DNA from: a virus
Reading direction: 5' to 3' (one strand)
Virus record (IMG/VR): IMGVR_UViG_3300009285_001996
DNA length: 64,000 nucleotides
Part shown: positions 1-9,691 of the stretch, piece after piece
How positions within the stretch are numbered: the stretch's first letter is position 1
Layout of the letters: every line of letters starts with the position of its first letter
Notes under the pieces: generated by a model
What the model saw: only the letters and a program-made list of their open reading frames with translations
Databases searched by the model: none
Told to the model about the DNA's origin: nothing
Program-made: the position numbers and the translations under genes

Positions 1-4
1 GAAA

Positions 5-253
5 TTGATTACTGTACAATGCGTTCGTTGTGGAAAGTGGTTAAATAGCATGACAAACGGAGATTTAGATGCCAGCCATGATATGTGGAGCAATGGGGCG
101 ACGGTTGTTATGGATGTTGGTTACGGGTCCGATTTTGACGAATCTAGACTTCTTATTGCCCTATGTGATGACTGTATAAAAGAACAATTAAAGGAAGGTA
201 TAATTAAGAAAATGGATAAAACCTTCTGTAAACTTTGTGGACACGAAATGTAA
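5..253 (+). CDS. hypothetical Zn-finger protein
   Basis: 82-aa ORF, TTG start, three CxxC motifs (CVRC, CDDC, CKLC). Confidence 0.6.
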   Translation: MITVQCVRCGKWLNSMTNGDLDASHDMWSNGATVVMDVGYGSDFDESRLLIALCDDCIKEQLKEGIIKKMDKTFCKLCGHEM

Positions 254-275
254 TATTATTTTTGGAGGTGGAATT

Positions 276-572
276 GTGAAATACTTTTATTTTGTGGGAA
301 TGGTGTTCTTGGTGTGCGCGATTGGAGAAACAGAACGACAGTTTGGACGGATTTCCGACTCGATTGACGCTCATAGGCAAGAAGTTTCTAGGTTAAAGAT
401 GAAGGCGGAACAAATAAACTATAACTTAGAATGTATTTACGGTGAGGCTCACAAAATAGATAATGTTCTAACGCTGTTGGATGACGATGTGTGGTCGTTA
501 AAAGCAACGTTGCATGGAGACATTGAAAAACTTAACAACACAATATCTGGATTAAAATTTGGAGGTGGTTAG
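276..572 (+). CDS. hypothetical membrane-anchored coiled-coil protein
   Basis: GTG at 276 after GGAGGTG; N-terminal hydrophobic segment then heptad-rich region; TAGTG overlap with the next gene. Confidence 0.6.
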   Translation: MKYFYFVGMVFLVCAIGETERQFGRISDSIDAHRQEVSRLKMKAEQINYNLECIYGEAHKIDNVLTLLDDDVWSLKATLHGDIEKLNNTISGLKFGGG

Positions 573-790
573 TGAGTGATGTACTGAAAATCGCCGCTCT
601 GGTTATTTTTCTGTTTGTGGGGACCGGCGTAGTAGAAGCAATTAACAATTTAGCAGGAGAGTTAAGTAAGTGTAATGAGCAAATGGCTGGTTTAAATTAT
701 ATGACAATCGAGATGGATAAGAATATGAGGGAATTGAAAGAAACTATGGACAAATTGAACAATATTCCTAAACCACCCTTTCTCAAATAG
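572..790 (+). CDS. hypothetical membrane-anchored coiled-coil protein
   Basis: 72 aa, N-terminal TM segment then coiled coil; GGAGG RBS; coupled to the upstream gene. Confidence 0.6.
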   Translation: MSDVLKIAALVIFLFVGTGVVEAINNLAGELSKCNEQMAGLNYMTIEMDKNMRELKETMDKLNNIPKPPFLK

Positions 791-802
791 TAGAGATTTG
801 TT

Positions 803-1570
803 GTGATTAAATTATTTTGCGGAAATTACAAAAGTGTTATTTTAGGGCAAAATTTTGATTTAATTTTCACATCCCCACCCTATAATATAGGTAGTCAATC
901 TCCTAAAAAAATTACTAATCGTAAGTTTGGCGGATACGACTCAAAATCTTGGGGAGCAATCGAGGATTACCCAGATTCCATCAACGAAGATGAATACCAG
1001 CAACAACAACAGGATTTCTTGCTGTGGTGTGCCGCCCATATTAAAGATAGCGGAAATATAATATATAATCATAAACTAAGACGCAAAAATGGTATATTGA
1101 TTGACCCAATTAGTTGGTTCCCCAATACCCTATATGAGCACGACCGAATAATTTGGGATAGAAAAAGTACACATAATCATTGCACTAAGTTTACATACGA
1201 CCATTATGAATATCTGTATTGTTTGAGAAAGATTGGTAGCGAAAATCACTATTTTAAAAATCAACCATTTTTATGGCAGGAAAATAATAGTAAAGGAGTG
1301 GGGAATGTGTGGGGATTAAGTAAGGAGTATGGGAATAATCACAATGCCCCCTTTCCCCTGCTATTAGCTCGTCAGGTTATCAGAATGTGGTGTCCGTCAA
1401 ACGGGTTAGTGTGCGACCCGTATAGTGGTTCTGGTACAACTATGATAGGTTGTTATCTTGAAAATAGGGACTTTATAGGAGCGGAAATATTACAAAAATA
1501 TTATAAATACAGCCTAGAGAGGTTATCTTGTATAAAAAAAACCAATTCGACAGAGATGGTAAGTGTTTGA
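803..1570 (+). CDS. DNA methyltransferase, N4-C/N6-A beta class
   Basis: catalytic TSPPY precedes SAM-binding DPYSGSGTT; HNAPFP motif. Confidence 0.9.
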   Translation: MIKLFCGNYKSVILGQNFDLIFTSPPYNIGSQSPKKITNRKFGGYDSKSWGAIEDYPDSINEDEYQQQQQDFLLWCAAHIKDSGNIIYNHKLRRKNGILIDPISWFPNTLYEHDRIIWDRKSTHNHCTKFTYDHYEYLYCLRKIGSENHYFKNQPFLWQENNSKGVGNVWGLSKEYGNNHNAPFPLLLARQVIRMWCPSNGLVCDPYSGSGTTMIGCYLENRDFIGAEILQKYYKYSLERLSCIKKTNSTEMVSV

Positions 1571-2052
1571 AAAGCGGTAATGATGCTGTTGTTAAATTTA
1601 AGCGAATTGCAAAAAAGACTGGATTACAATTTAGGGATTCTTCTTTTAATGACGACGTTAATAAACACATAGATATTTGGGTAGATAATAAAAGTTATGA
1701 TATTAAATCGGCTAAAAAACGTAATAGAAGTGATAAACAAAAAGATTATGACTCGATATGGATAGAATTACACGGGGTTAGACCTAATGATGGGGGGTGG
1801 TTGTATGATGGTAATGCCGACTTTATAGCGTTTGAGACTAGGGGTGGCTTTATTATATTTGACAGATTAAAATTATTGAAGTATGTAGACGGTGTACAAA
1901 AAAAGATAAGATTAAAAGACGGCGTTCATTCTTCTAGTACATCCAAAAAATTAAATAGAATTTATTCCCGAAGGGATAGACCAGACGAAATTATTTGCTT
2001 TGCGTTAGAAGAATTAAAGGAAAATGTAGAATATGAGGAACGGCGTGAGTAA
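1528..2052 (+). CDS. PD-(D/E)xK-family nuclease
   Basis: HID-x7-YDIK core, later WIELxG..GWL..ADFIAFE; TTG start with GAGAGG RBS. Confidence 0.6.
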   Translation: MYKKNQFDRDGKCLKSGNDAVVKFKRIAKKTGLQFRDSSFNDDVNKHIDIWVDNKSYDIKSAKKRNRSDKQKDYDSIWIELHGVRPNDGGWLYDGNADFIAFETRGGFIIFDRLKLLKYVDGVQKKIRLKDGVHSSSTSKKLNRIYSRRDRPDEIICFALEELKENVEYEERRE

Positions 2053-2644
2053 TATATATACGGCAATAGTCGCTAATAATGACACTGTAATTAAAAACGC
2101 TGTTGATTTATATATCAAAGAAGGGGTTAAAATTGCGGATGTGACATACGGCAAAGGTGTATTTTGGCGATTAGTAGACATATCTAAATACGACTTTCAC
2201 CCCTCCGATATATTAACACTACCAGATTCCCCCTGTGATTTTCGCAACTTACCCTATGAAAATGAGACATTTGATCTAGTTGTATTTGACCCACCATACG
2301 CCCACAATCCAGGTAGAATGCTGGTTAATAACAATTATAAAAACGCGGAAACAACCAAGGGGTTTTATCACAACGACATAATACAGTTGTACTACGAGGG
2401 TATTAACGAGGCAAAACGTATATTAAAATATAATGGTTTTTTGTTTGTCAAATGTAAAGATGAAATTGAATCCTCTAAACAAAAAATGAGCCATATCGAA
2501 ATTCACGATTACTGTACAAGCAACGGTTTTGAAGTAATTGATTTATTCGTAGTTGTGCAAAAAGTTAATCCAGTGGTACAATTCGCACAACAACACGCCA
2601 GAAAAAATCATTCTTATTTATGGGTATTCCAAAAACAGGATTAG
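2045..2644 (+). CDS. DNA adenine methyltransferase-like protein
   Basis: SAM motif ADVTYGKGVFW, then DFRNLP and catalytic VFDPPY; GTG at 2045 after GAGGA. Confidence 0.8.
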   Translation: MSNIYTAIVANNDTVIKNAVDLYIKEGVKIADVTYGKGVFWRLVDISKYDFHPSDILTLPDSPCDFRNLPYENETFDLVVFDPPYAHNPGRMLVNNNYKNAETTKGFYHNDIIQLYYEGINEAKRILKYNGFLFVKCKDEIESSKQKMSHIEIHDYCTSNGFEVIDLFVVVQKVNPVVQFAQQHARKNHSYLWVFQKQD

Positions 2645-2649
2645 GTTGA

Positions 2650-2907
2650 ATGTTAGTATACATGCTTAGAGAAGCCGAAAATGGTCAGTATTACAAAAAG
2701 AGTGGGGCTATACCAAAGTGGGTAGAGCAGGAAAAGGGGACTGTTTGGCAAACTAAACAAGGGGTGACTGGGGCTTTAGTGTATGCAAAACAACGGTGCT
2801 CTTACGCCCATTATGAAATCGTGGCTTTTGGCTTAATAGAGGTGGGAATATTAGAGAGATCGACAAAACCTAGTAATGGTAGATTTAATTGGGATATTGG
2901 AGAATAA
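2650..2907 (+). CDS. hypothetical protein
   Basis: 85-aa ORF in the operon, AGGT RBS. Confidence 0.55.
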   Translation: MLVYMLREAENGQYYKKSGAIPKWVEQEKGTVWQTKQGVTGALVYAKQRCSYAHYEIVAFGLIEVGILERSTKPSNGRFNWDIGE

Positions 2908-2914
2908 AACAAAA

Positions 2915-3724
2915 ATGTTTTCACTATTAGTATTTTCAAAAGACAGAGCCGCACAGTTAGATTTATTACTAAACTCTATAGCTAGAAATACACACTCTAT
3001 CGGCACCGTCTCTGTATTATGGAAGGCTTCTACGCCAGAGTTTGAGACTGCCTACAAGATTTTGCAGGAAGAAAGACCAGATGTTATATGGATTAAGGAG
3101 TTTGATTTTAAGAGAAATGTGTATTATATGCTGGAGTGGGCAAGTGAATATTTTGCGTTTGCCACCGATGATGATATTCTATATAGAGAGTTCAACGTAG
3201 ACGGCGATGAATTAGAGCATTTATTTAATAGTCATAACATAGCGTGTTTATCTATGCGATTAGGTTGGAACTGTACTGTCCAATATAATTATAGCGGTGA
3301 AAAAAGTGTATTTCCAAGATCGGTAATAAGAAGTGGTCAATTCTATATATGGGATCATAGATATGTTGGGAGAGGTAATTTTGCCTATAAATGGAGTGTC
3401 GATGGACATATTATGTCTAAAACATCATTTATACCAGTATTAAATACTATCGAGTTTGTCGGTCCTAATGAGATGGAAGGTAAATTGAGTATGAAAATGA
3501 GTATGGGACCACCGAATATGTCGTGTGTAGAACACTCAGTTATTGTTAATACTCCAACTAACAGAGTTCAAAACGCGGCGGCTAATAGGGCTGGAGAAGT
3601 GTACGGTAAAACCGCCGATGAATTAAATAAGTTATTTTTGCAGGGGAAAAGAATAGTATACGACAAGATTGATTTCAGCGGAATTTGTGGGTGTCACCAA
3701 GAACTTTTATTAACACTGGAATAG
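2915..3724 (+). CDS. GT-A fold glycosyltransferase-like protein
   Basis: N-terminal LLVFSKDRAAQL strand and DxD-type FATDDDI motif. Confidence 0.6.
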   Translation: MFSLLVFSKDRAAQLDLLLNSIARNTHSIGTVSVLWKASTPEFETAYKILQEERPDVIWIKEFDFKRNVYYMLEWASEYFAFATDDDILYREFNVDGDELEHLFNSHNIACLSMRLGWNCTVQYNYSGEKSVFPRSVIRSGQFYIWDHRYVGRGNFAYKWSVDGHIMSKTSFIPVLNTIEFVGPNEMEGKLSMKMSMGPPNMSCVEHSVIVNTPTNRVQNAAANRAGEVYGKTADELNKLFLQGKRIVYDKIDFSGICGCHQELLLTLE

Positions 3725-3726
3725 AA

Positions 3727-3900
3727 ATGGCTAGTATAAAAGAATCAGAAGAAGCACTAAATAAACTTATTGCCGATGGATTAGCTTATATTTATATTAG
3801 AAAAGATTATTCTGTAAGTCTAGATGGGAATTTTAAGGCTGAAGAATTAAGACTAATAGCAAACGCATTAAATAACCTAGAAAAAAATAGATGTGGGTAG
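3727..3900 (+). CDS. hypothetical protein
   Basis: short ORF filling the gap between coupled genes. Confidence 0.5.
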   Translation: MASIKESEEALNKLIADGLAYIYIRKDYSVSLDGNFKAEELRLIANALNNLEKNRCG

Positions 3901-5018
3901 ATATTTTAACAAAAGAATTTTTAACAAAAGAAATTCTTATAAACAACAAAGATTCTTTAGTAATAGCTACAGAGATTGGGTGTTCTGTAGATACAGTATG
4001 GAGACAGTGTAGAAAATTTAATATAACGAAGAAATTGTTTATTAGCGATATTAACCCAGAATGGTTGGCGTTATGGGATAACGATAAAAACACAAACATG
4101 GATATCTCAAAATTAACTTGTGGGTCAGAGCAAGAGGCGTGGTTTAAATGTGTTAATGGTCATTCTTGGATACAAAAAATTAACCAAATCAACAGAGGTA
4201 GTCAGTGTCCATACTGTACACATAAAAGAGTGGATATTGGAAAAACAGATATGGAAACACTATTTCCAGATATAACAACAATATGGAATTACAATAAAAA
4301 TTACCCAACATTACCAAGTGATATATTCCCGTATAGTATAAAAAAATATTGGTGGAGGTGTCTACTAGGACACGAATGGATTGCTCACCCAGGTAAGCTA
4401 ATAGGGTATTATAAAAAAACTAAAAAATGGGGATGTCCGTATTGTTCAAACAGAAGGGTTTTAGTTGGATTTAATGACATTCAAACCCAAAGACCAGACC
4501 TAGCAATAGAATGGGATTACGAAAGAAATATTGGTTTTGGACCAGAAGATGTAACGGTTGGTAGTAATCTAATAGTAAACTGGGTAGATGAATTTGGGCA
4601 TAGGTGGAGAACAAGAATTACTCATAGAATTCAAGATGGTACTAATTGTCCAATATGCAATGAAAGCAAATTAGAAAAACGAACAAGGAATACATTAGAA
4701 AAGTATAAAGTTAAATATGAACGTCAAAAAAGATTTGATGGGTGTAAAGACATTATTGCTTTGCCGTTTGATTTTTATTTGCCAGACTACAACATATTGA
4801 TTGAATGTCAGGGAATTCAACACTTTGCTACCGATCATAAAATATCAAAAAAATTTGCTAAATCAACCATGTTTTCGCCAAACGATTTATTAAAGTTAAA
4901 ACTACACGACGAAATTAAATTATTATTTTGTATAGATAGGCAAATAAGATTTATAAGAATATCATATTTAGAAATGGAAAATATAGAAGAAATATTAGTT
5001 AAGGAGCTATGTTTATAA
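3891..5018 (+). CDS. free-standing endonuclease: HTH + zinc-ribbon (DUF4379-like) repeats + PD-(D/E)xK domain
   Basis: repeated WxC..GHxW..R..G.CPYC units; C-terminal FDFYLPDYNILIECQGIQHF. Confidence 0.8.
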   Translation: MWVDILTKEFLTKEILINNKDSLVIATEIGCSVDTVWRQCRKFNITKKLFISDINPEWLALWDNDKNTNMDISKLTCGSEQEAWFKCVNGHSWIQKINQINRGSQCPYCTHKRVDIGKTDMETLFPDITTIWNYNKNYPTLPSDIFPYSIKKYWWRCLLGHEWIAHPGKLIGYYKKTKKWGCPYCSNRRVLVGFNDIQTQRPDLAIEWDYERNIGFGPEDVTVGSNLIVNWVDEFGHRWRTRITHRIQDGTNCPICNESKLEKRTRNTLEKYKVKYERQKRFDGCKDIIALPFDFYLPDYNILIECQGIQHFATDHKISKKFAKSTMFSPNDLLKLKLHDEIKLLFCIDRQIRFIRISYLEMENIEEILVKELCL

Positions 5019-5019
5019 T

Positions 5020-5589
5020 ATGCAGCCTTCTATTTTTGATCCAAAATGTCCACATTCTACGCATTTCCCTCTACTTAAATACTTATTAGAACAAAGCAAT
5101 GGTTTCGTAATCGAAATCGGATCAGGATATTCGAGTACGCCGCTATGTTATGAGATCGCCCATCAAAAGAATGGGTTTTGTTTATCACTAGAAAACGATA
5201 AATTCTTTTATAATAAATTTTTAGTAGATAATGACGCCAATTTTAAGATAGAGTCTGTTAAGGAATGGGTTTCGCATTTTCAGTCGCCAGAAATGGTTGA
5301 CCTACCTAAATCGAGGGATTGGTTCGTATGCCTAGTGGATAACGCACCTTGGGTGGCAAGATTAACGGCCATTGAATATGTTAAAAACTTCGTTCCATAC
5401 ATTCTCCTGCATGACTGTGATTTTTACACAAGAGAAAAGTTAGTTGATGATTGGGGAAAATACTTTAAATATTATCGAATATATAACGTACACAGTAAAC
5501 CATATAAATCTGGACCGCCGACATTACTTGGGTCTAATTTAGTGGAAAACCTAGAATTCAAAATTGAAGGTATGTATATCGAGCCATGA
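5020..5589 (+). CDS. class I SAM-dependent methyltransferase-like protein
   Basis: VIEIGSGYSST motif I; LVDN..R; ILLHD. Confidence 0.6.
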   Translation: MQPSIFDPKCPHSTHFPLLKYLLEQSNGFVIEIGSGYSSTPLCYEIAHQKNGFCLSLENDKFFYNKFLVDNDANFKIESVKEWVSHFQSPEMVDLPKSRDWFVCLVDNAPWVARLTAIEYVKNFVPYILLHDCDFYTREKLVDDWGKYFKYYRIYNVHSKPYKSGPPTLLGSNLVENLEFKIEGMYIEP

Positions 5590-6134
5590 TACCTATAACT
5601 CCCGCTAATAATAATCCGTTTGGTTCCCATCAGGCGGTATTAAATGCCGTAGTAGCGTCTCCCCTAGTTGGCAATAGAGTTTTAGAGTTTGGTTTGGGTG
5701 GATTTAGCACTGGTATTTTGTATAAAAAGGCTAGGCAGGGAAATGAGGGGTTGTTATTATCGTTCGAGACTGATATAAAATATGTCAAACAGTTTGAGTC
5801 ATATCAGGATATTTGGTTTACTATTTTTCATGTTCAACATGGATGGAATTGGGTGTTCGATAATCATCCCGCTATGAAAGAGCGGTGGAATTTGGTGTTT
5901 GTGGACCAACATCCGTACCCCCCCAGAGTTGAAACTATAAATAGGTTAAAGGATCAAGCCGACTATATTATATTACACGACGCTGTTCATCTAATAGGAT
6001 ATCCAAAAAAAGAGAGAGAATATACCGATTATTTTAAGTATGCGCAAGAGTATCCCGTGGGGGGAAGTGACCCCAGAACATTCCCCAATACTATTATTGG
6101 TAGTAATTTTCACGTTTGCGAGTTTAAAATATGA
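5586..6134 (+). CDS. class I SAM-dependent methyltransferase-like protein, paralog of 5020-5589
   Basis: VLEFGLGGFST; VFVDQ..R; IILHD; ATGA overlaps at both ends. Confidence 0.6.
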   Translation: MIPITPANNNPFGSHQAVLNAVVASPLVGNRVLEFGLGGFSTGILYKKARQGNEGLLLSFETDIKYVKQFESYQDIWFTIFHVQHGWNWVFDNHPAMKERWNLVFVDQHPYPPRVETINRLKDQADYIILHDAVHLIGYPKKEREYTDYFKYAQEYPVGGSDPRTFPNTIIGSNFHVCEFKI

Positions 6135-6865
6135 CGACAACATACGACCTATTTATACCAGCCGCCCCCAAGGACTACTCAAAAGTCCCCTATAGTATTT
6201 CCTCTGCTAAAAAATATTTAATACCACAACCAGAGAACATATATGTTGTGTCGCCATCGCCAATACTAATGGATGGCGTAAGAAATTATAATGACGATTA
6301 TGTATTAGACCTAGATTTGTCGTTATGTAAGCATAGAAGACCTCCGTGGTTAAAAATTATGTTTACAAAATTATTCCAAGATATAACCAAAAACAATCAA
6401 TATTTTGTGATTGACGCCGACGCCATATTTCTAAAGCCATTTCCGCTGTTCTCCAATGATGATAAGCCAATTTTTTTCTTTGCTTGGGAACAGGATCATC
6501 AACCATATTTTAATCTGATGAAAAAGCTATATGGATATGGCAAATTACGCAAGAGCTTTATTTGTGAGATGATGATGTTCCAAAGAGATATATGCAGGGA
6601 ATTATTATTGGGGATGTCTATCGAAGATTTTTGGGCTATAGTATGTGGAATAATAGGTGACGGAAGTAAATACCTCTTTGATGACTATGACTTTTATGGT
6701 AACTATTGTATGTATCATTATCCTACACTATACGACCACAAAGATATATCGTTAAATATGAGTGGTGGTAGAGATAAATATTATACGGCAGAGGAAATAC
6801 AACGAGCAATAGACGAACAATCTAGAAGCGAGGCTTCGGTTATGACTTTACATACGTGGCTATAA
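6131..6865 (+). CDS. GT-A / nucleotide-sugar transferase-like protein (DUF6492-like)
   Basis: DLFIPAAPKD N-terminal strand; YFVIDADAIFLKP DxD motif. Confidence 0.6.
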   Translation: MTTTYDLFIPAAPKDYSKVPYSISSAKKYLIPQPENIYVVSPSPILMDGVRNYNDDYVLDLDLSLCKHRRPPWLKIMFTKLFQDITKNNQYFVIDADAIFLKPFPLFSNDDKPIFFFAWEQDHQPYFNLMKKLYGYGKLRKSFICEMMMFQRDICRELLLGMSIEDFWAIVCGIIGDGSKYLFDDYDFYGNYCMYHYPTLYDHKDISLNMSGGRDKYYTAEEIQRAIDEQSRSEASVMTLHTWL

Positions 6866-7199
6866 CCAATGGGGATGTGCCGATGGTGAAGACGTTACAC
6901 CAGTAAATTTATCACAATTAGAACAAGCTATATTAGATTGTGGGGAAGGGGAATATCTAAGTTCTGGTTTATTTGCCGCCAGACAAAGGAAAATGCGACC
7001 ACAAGGGGCTTATTATCAACAATGTGTTCCGTTAGAATTATATCACTTATTTGATGAATGCGGACCCGAAAGAGAGGTTGGGTTTGGAAATCCAAAACCA
7101 CAACATAAAGACAAAAGTAAAGAATTATAGATTGACGAGAATATTATACATGGGATTGGATACGATATACCTGGGACGCCATATAAAAGAGAAATGTAG
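6846..7199 (+). pseudogene. degenerate ORF without a 5' start and with an internal TAG
   Basis: 94 open codons (6846-7127), TAG at 7128-7130, 22 more codons, then TAG at 7197-7199 overlapping the next GTG. Confidence 0.45.
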
Positions 7200-7783
7200 T
7201 GCCATCACAATTTAACGAAGACCTAATCTTACAAAACCTATTCTGTGACAGGGGCGGCGGCACTTACTTAGATGTTGGTGGTGGTCCCCCGATTGTTTCC
7301 TCGAATACGTTTTCGCTATACGAAAAAGGGTGGAACGGTTTGGTCATCGAACCCCAATCCGAATACGCCAAGCAATATAAAGAAATAAGACCGCGAGATA
7401 TAGTACTTACAATCGCCGCCTCCAACAAAAGCGGAAAAACCACGCTCTATGACCATAGTATGTGGGCGACACTAGAGAAACCGTCAAAACGCCGCTTTAG
7501 CGAATTAGTGGAAAACCCAGTTGACGCCTATACATTAAACGACATATTAGATAACTTTCCTGCTATACGTGATAACTGTCAATTATGTGATATAGACGTA
7601 GAACATCATGAAAAGTGTGTGATTGAGGGCATAGACATTAGTAAATTTAGACCAGAGGTATTTTTAGTGGAGGCGTTTGAATACAAGCAGTGGGAGAACA
7701 TATTACTAGATAATGGTTATAAATATTATATGGCGAGTTCGCCCGTGCCAGTAAATAGGTTTTATCTAAGAGAGGATTTATAG
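7199..7783 (+). CDS. FkbM-family methyltransferase
   Basis: YLDVGGG..SNT..GWNGLVIEP; DIDVEHHE..VIEG. Confidence 0.85.
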   Translation: MPSQFNEDLILQNLFCDRGGGTYLDVGGGPPIVSSNTFSLYEKGWNGLVIEPQSEYAKQYKEIRPRDIVLTIAASNKSGKTTLYDHSMWATLEKPSKRRFSELVENPVDAYTLNDILDNFPAIRDNCQLCDIDVEHHEKCVIEGIDISKFRPEVFLVEAFEYKQWENILLDNGYKYYMASSPVPVNRFYLREDL

Positions 7784-7806
7784 ATGAAGATTGAATGTGA
7801 AGTTGG

Positions 7807-8439
7807 GTGGAATATACTTTGAAAAACACATATTCGAGTAATGGGCAAGACCTGTGGATATTAGATCGAGTTGGTCCTAGTGGGTATTTTATTGAGGTGG
7901 GAGCCTCGGATGGAATTTCCGCGAGTAATTGCTATCTTTTGGAACAAAAAGGGTGGAGCGGCGTAGCCATAGATCCCTACACACCCAATTACCCCCTGCT
8001 TATTCAAAATAGGAAGTGCGAAATATGTTGCGCCGTAATCGACAGCGAAGAAAGAACGACTGACTTCTTATGCCAAACTAAATCATTAAGCGGACATTAT
8101 GGATTATCTGGAATTACAGACCACTTTCCGTCCTCTCAACATAAGCAGTCAATTATTGATAAGTATGGCGGGGTCTTACAAAAAGTCCAAACCCACACAC
8201 TAACTAATGTGTTACGACTGTGTAATGCACCATCCCACATAGATTATCTCTCAATTGACACAGAAGGGGGAGATTATAATGTGCTTTTAGGATTGAATTT
8301 CGATGAGTTTTCTGTATCATATATTAGCGTGGAATGTGCGAATCCTCAAAAATTTATTGATTTACTTGAGCCACACAAATTTAGATTGATTTATGACTTT
8401 AAACCGTGGCCGGATAAGATGTTCGGCAGGGAGAATTAG
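7807..8439 (+). CDS. FkbM-family methyltransferase
   Basis: GQD; FIEVGASDG..SN..GWSGVAIDP; IDYLSIDTEG. Confidence 0.9.
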   Translation: MEYTLKNTYSSNGQDLWILDRVGPSGYFIEVGASDGISASNCYLLEQKGWSGVAIDPYTPNYPLLIQNRKCEICCAVIDSEERTTDFLCQTKSLSGHYGLSGITDHFPSSQHKQSIIDKYGGVLQKVQTHTLTNVLRLCNAPSHIDYLSIDTEGGDYNVLLGLNFDEFSVSYISVECANPQKFIDLLEPHKFRLIYDFKPWPDKMFGREN

Positions 8440-9033
8440 GTGTCAAATAGCCAATTTAACGAATTCGAGATTATACGAGAGCTACTTCCCAATATTGATG
8501 ATGGGGTATATGTAGATGTTGGGGCGGGCGACCCAATTAAATTTTCAAATACTTATGATTTGTATAATTTAGGTTGGTACGGACTGTGTATTGACTTACA
8601 ATCACAATTCGTGAATGAGCATAGGCAAAAACGCCCTAGAGATATTTGCGTGTGTACCGCCCTATCTAATTATGTTGGTACAACAGAGGTATTTGGTGGA
8701 GGACACCATTGCACTATAGAAAAGGGCTACTTAAAAAATACCAATGTAAAAGTGTCAGTAACTACGTTTGATAAGGTTAGAGAACAGTACGAAGAATTAT
8801 GTGCGAAATGTCTACTTTGCTCAATTGACGTAGATTACCATGAAGATAAATTTTTTCAAGGTATGAATCTGTCATTATTTCACCCCAAGTTATTTATAGT
8901 GGAGTCGGTCAAGAAATATAAAGATGGTGCCGACGCCGAAGAGTTATGGGAAAATAAGCTGTTTGAAAACGATTATAAATTAATTAAAATTAGTAATATT
9001 GCAATTAATTACTTTTATATAAAAGCATATTAA
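8440..9033 (+). CDS. FkbM-family methyltransferase, paralog of 7199-7783
   Basis: SQFNE; YVDVGAGDP..SNT..GWYG; SIDVD. Confidence 0.85.
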   Translation: MSNSQFNEFEIIRELLPNIDDGVYVDVGAGDPIKFSNTYDLYNLGWYGLCIDLQSQFVNEHRQKRPRDICVCTALSNYVGTTEVFGGGHHCTIEKGYLKNTNVKVSVTTFDKVREQYEELCAKCLLCSIDVDYHEDKFFQGMNLSLFHPKLFIVESVKKYKDGADAEELWENKLFENDYKLIKISNIAINYFYIKAY

Positions 9034-9036
9034 ATT

Positions 9037-9690
9037 ATGAGCAAAAATAACACCTATCTTTCCCCACTATTTTTAGAAAACATTAACAAAAGCGAGGTCT
9101 CAACCATCATTGAGTGCGGGGCGGCGGACGGAGAGGACACCGTAGGAATTTATAACCACTATAACGCAAATGTGTACGCTTTTGAATGCGATCCAACTCT
9201 CCTGCTAATTTTACGCAAAAAGGCTGACTCTCGCATACACGTAATTGAAAACGGATTGTGGAGCGAGGAGTGTAGCAGGGAATTCCTATGTGTGGATAGA
9301 GATAAAAGTGTTAATAAAACGATGGGTATTTCATCAATGTATAAGTGGGCGAATTTGCCTGGTGAAAATGCCCGCAATCCACTATATCTAATACAAACGC
9401 CAATTCTAGTACAATGTACCGCGATTGATGCTTTTTGTGAAAAAAATGATGTACACCCAGATATGTTGTGATTGGATGCTCAGGGAAGTTAGTTAGAAAT
9501 ATTAAGGGGGGCTGTTAAAACTTTAACCTATGTTAAATATATCATTACAGAAGTTAACTACAAACCACAGTATGAAGGTGGTTGTAATTTTGGGCAAATT
9601 AAAGAATTTCTATTGAAGAATAATCTTAAAATAAGAGTGGACATACCCCTGTGTGGATTATTCGGTAACGCACTATTTACTAGGGGATAA
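9037..9690 (+). pseudogene. FkbM-family methyltransferase with two in-frame stops
   Basis: IIECGAADG motif; reads DML*LDAQGS*LEILRG (TGA 9469-9471, TAG 9490-9492), then stays open to TAA 9688-9690 just before the next ATG. Confidence 0.85.
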
Positions 9691-9691
9691 A

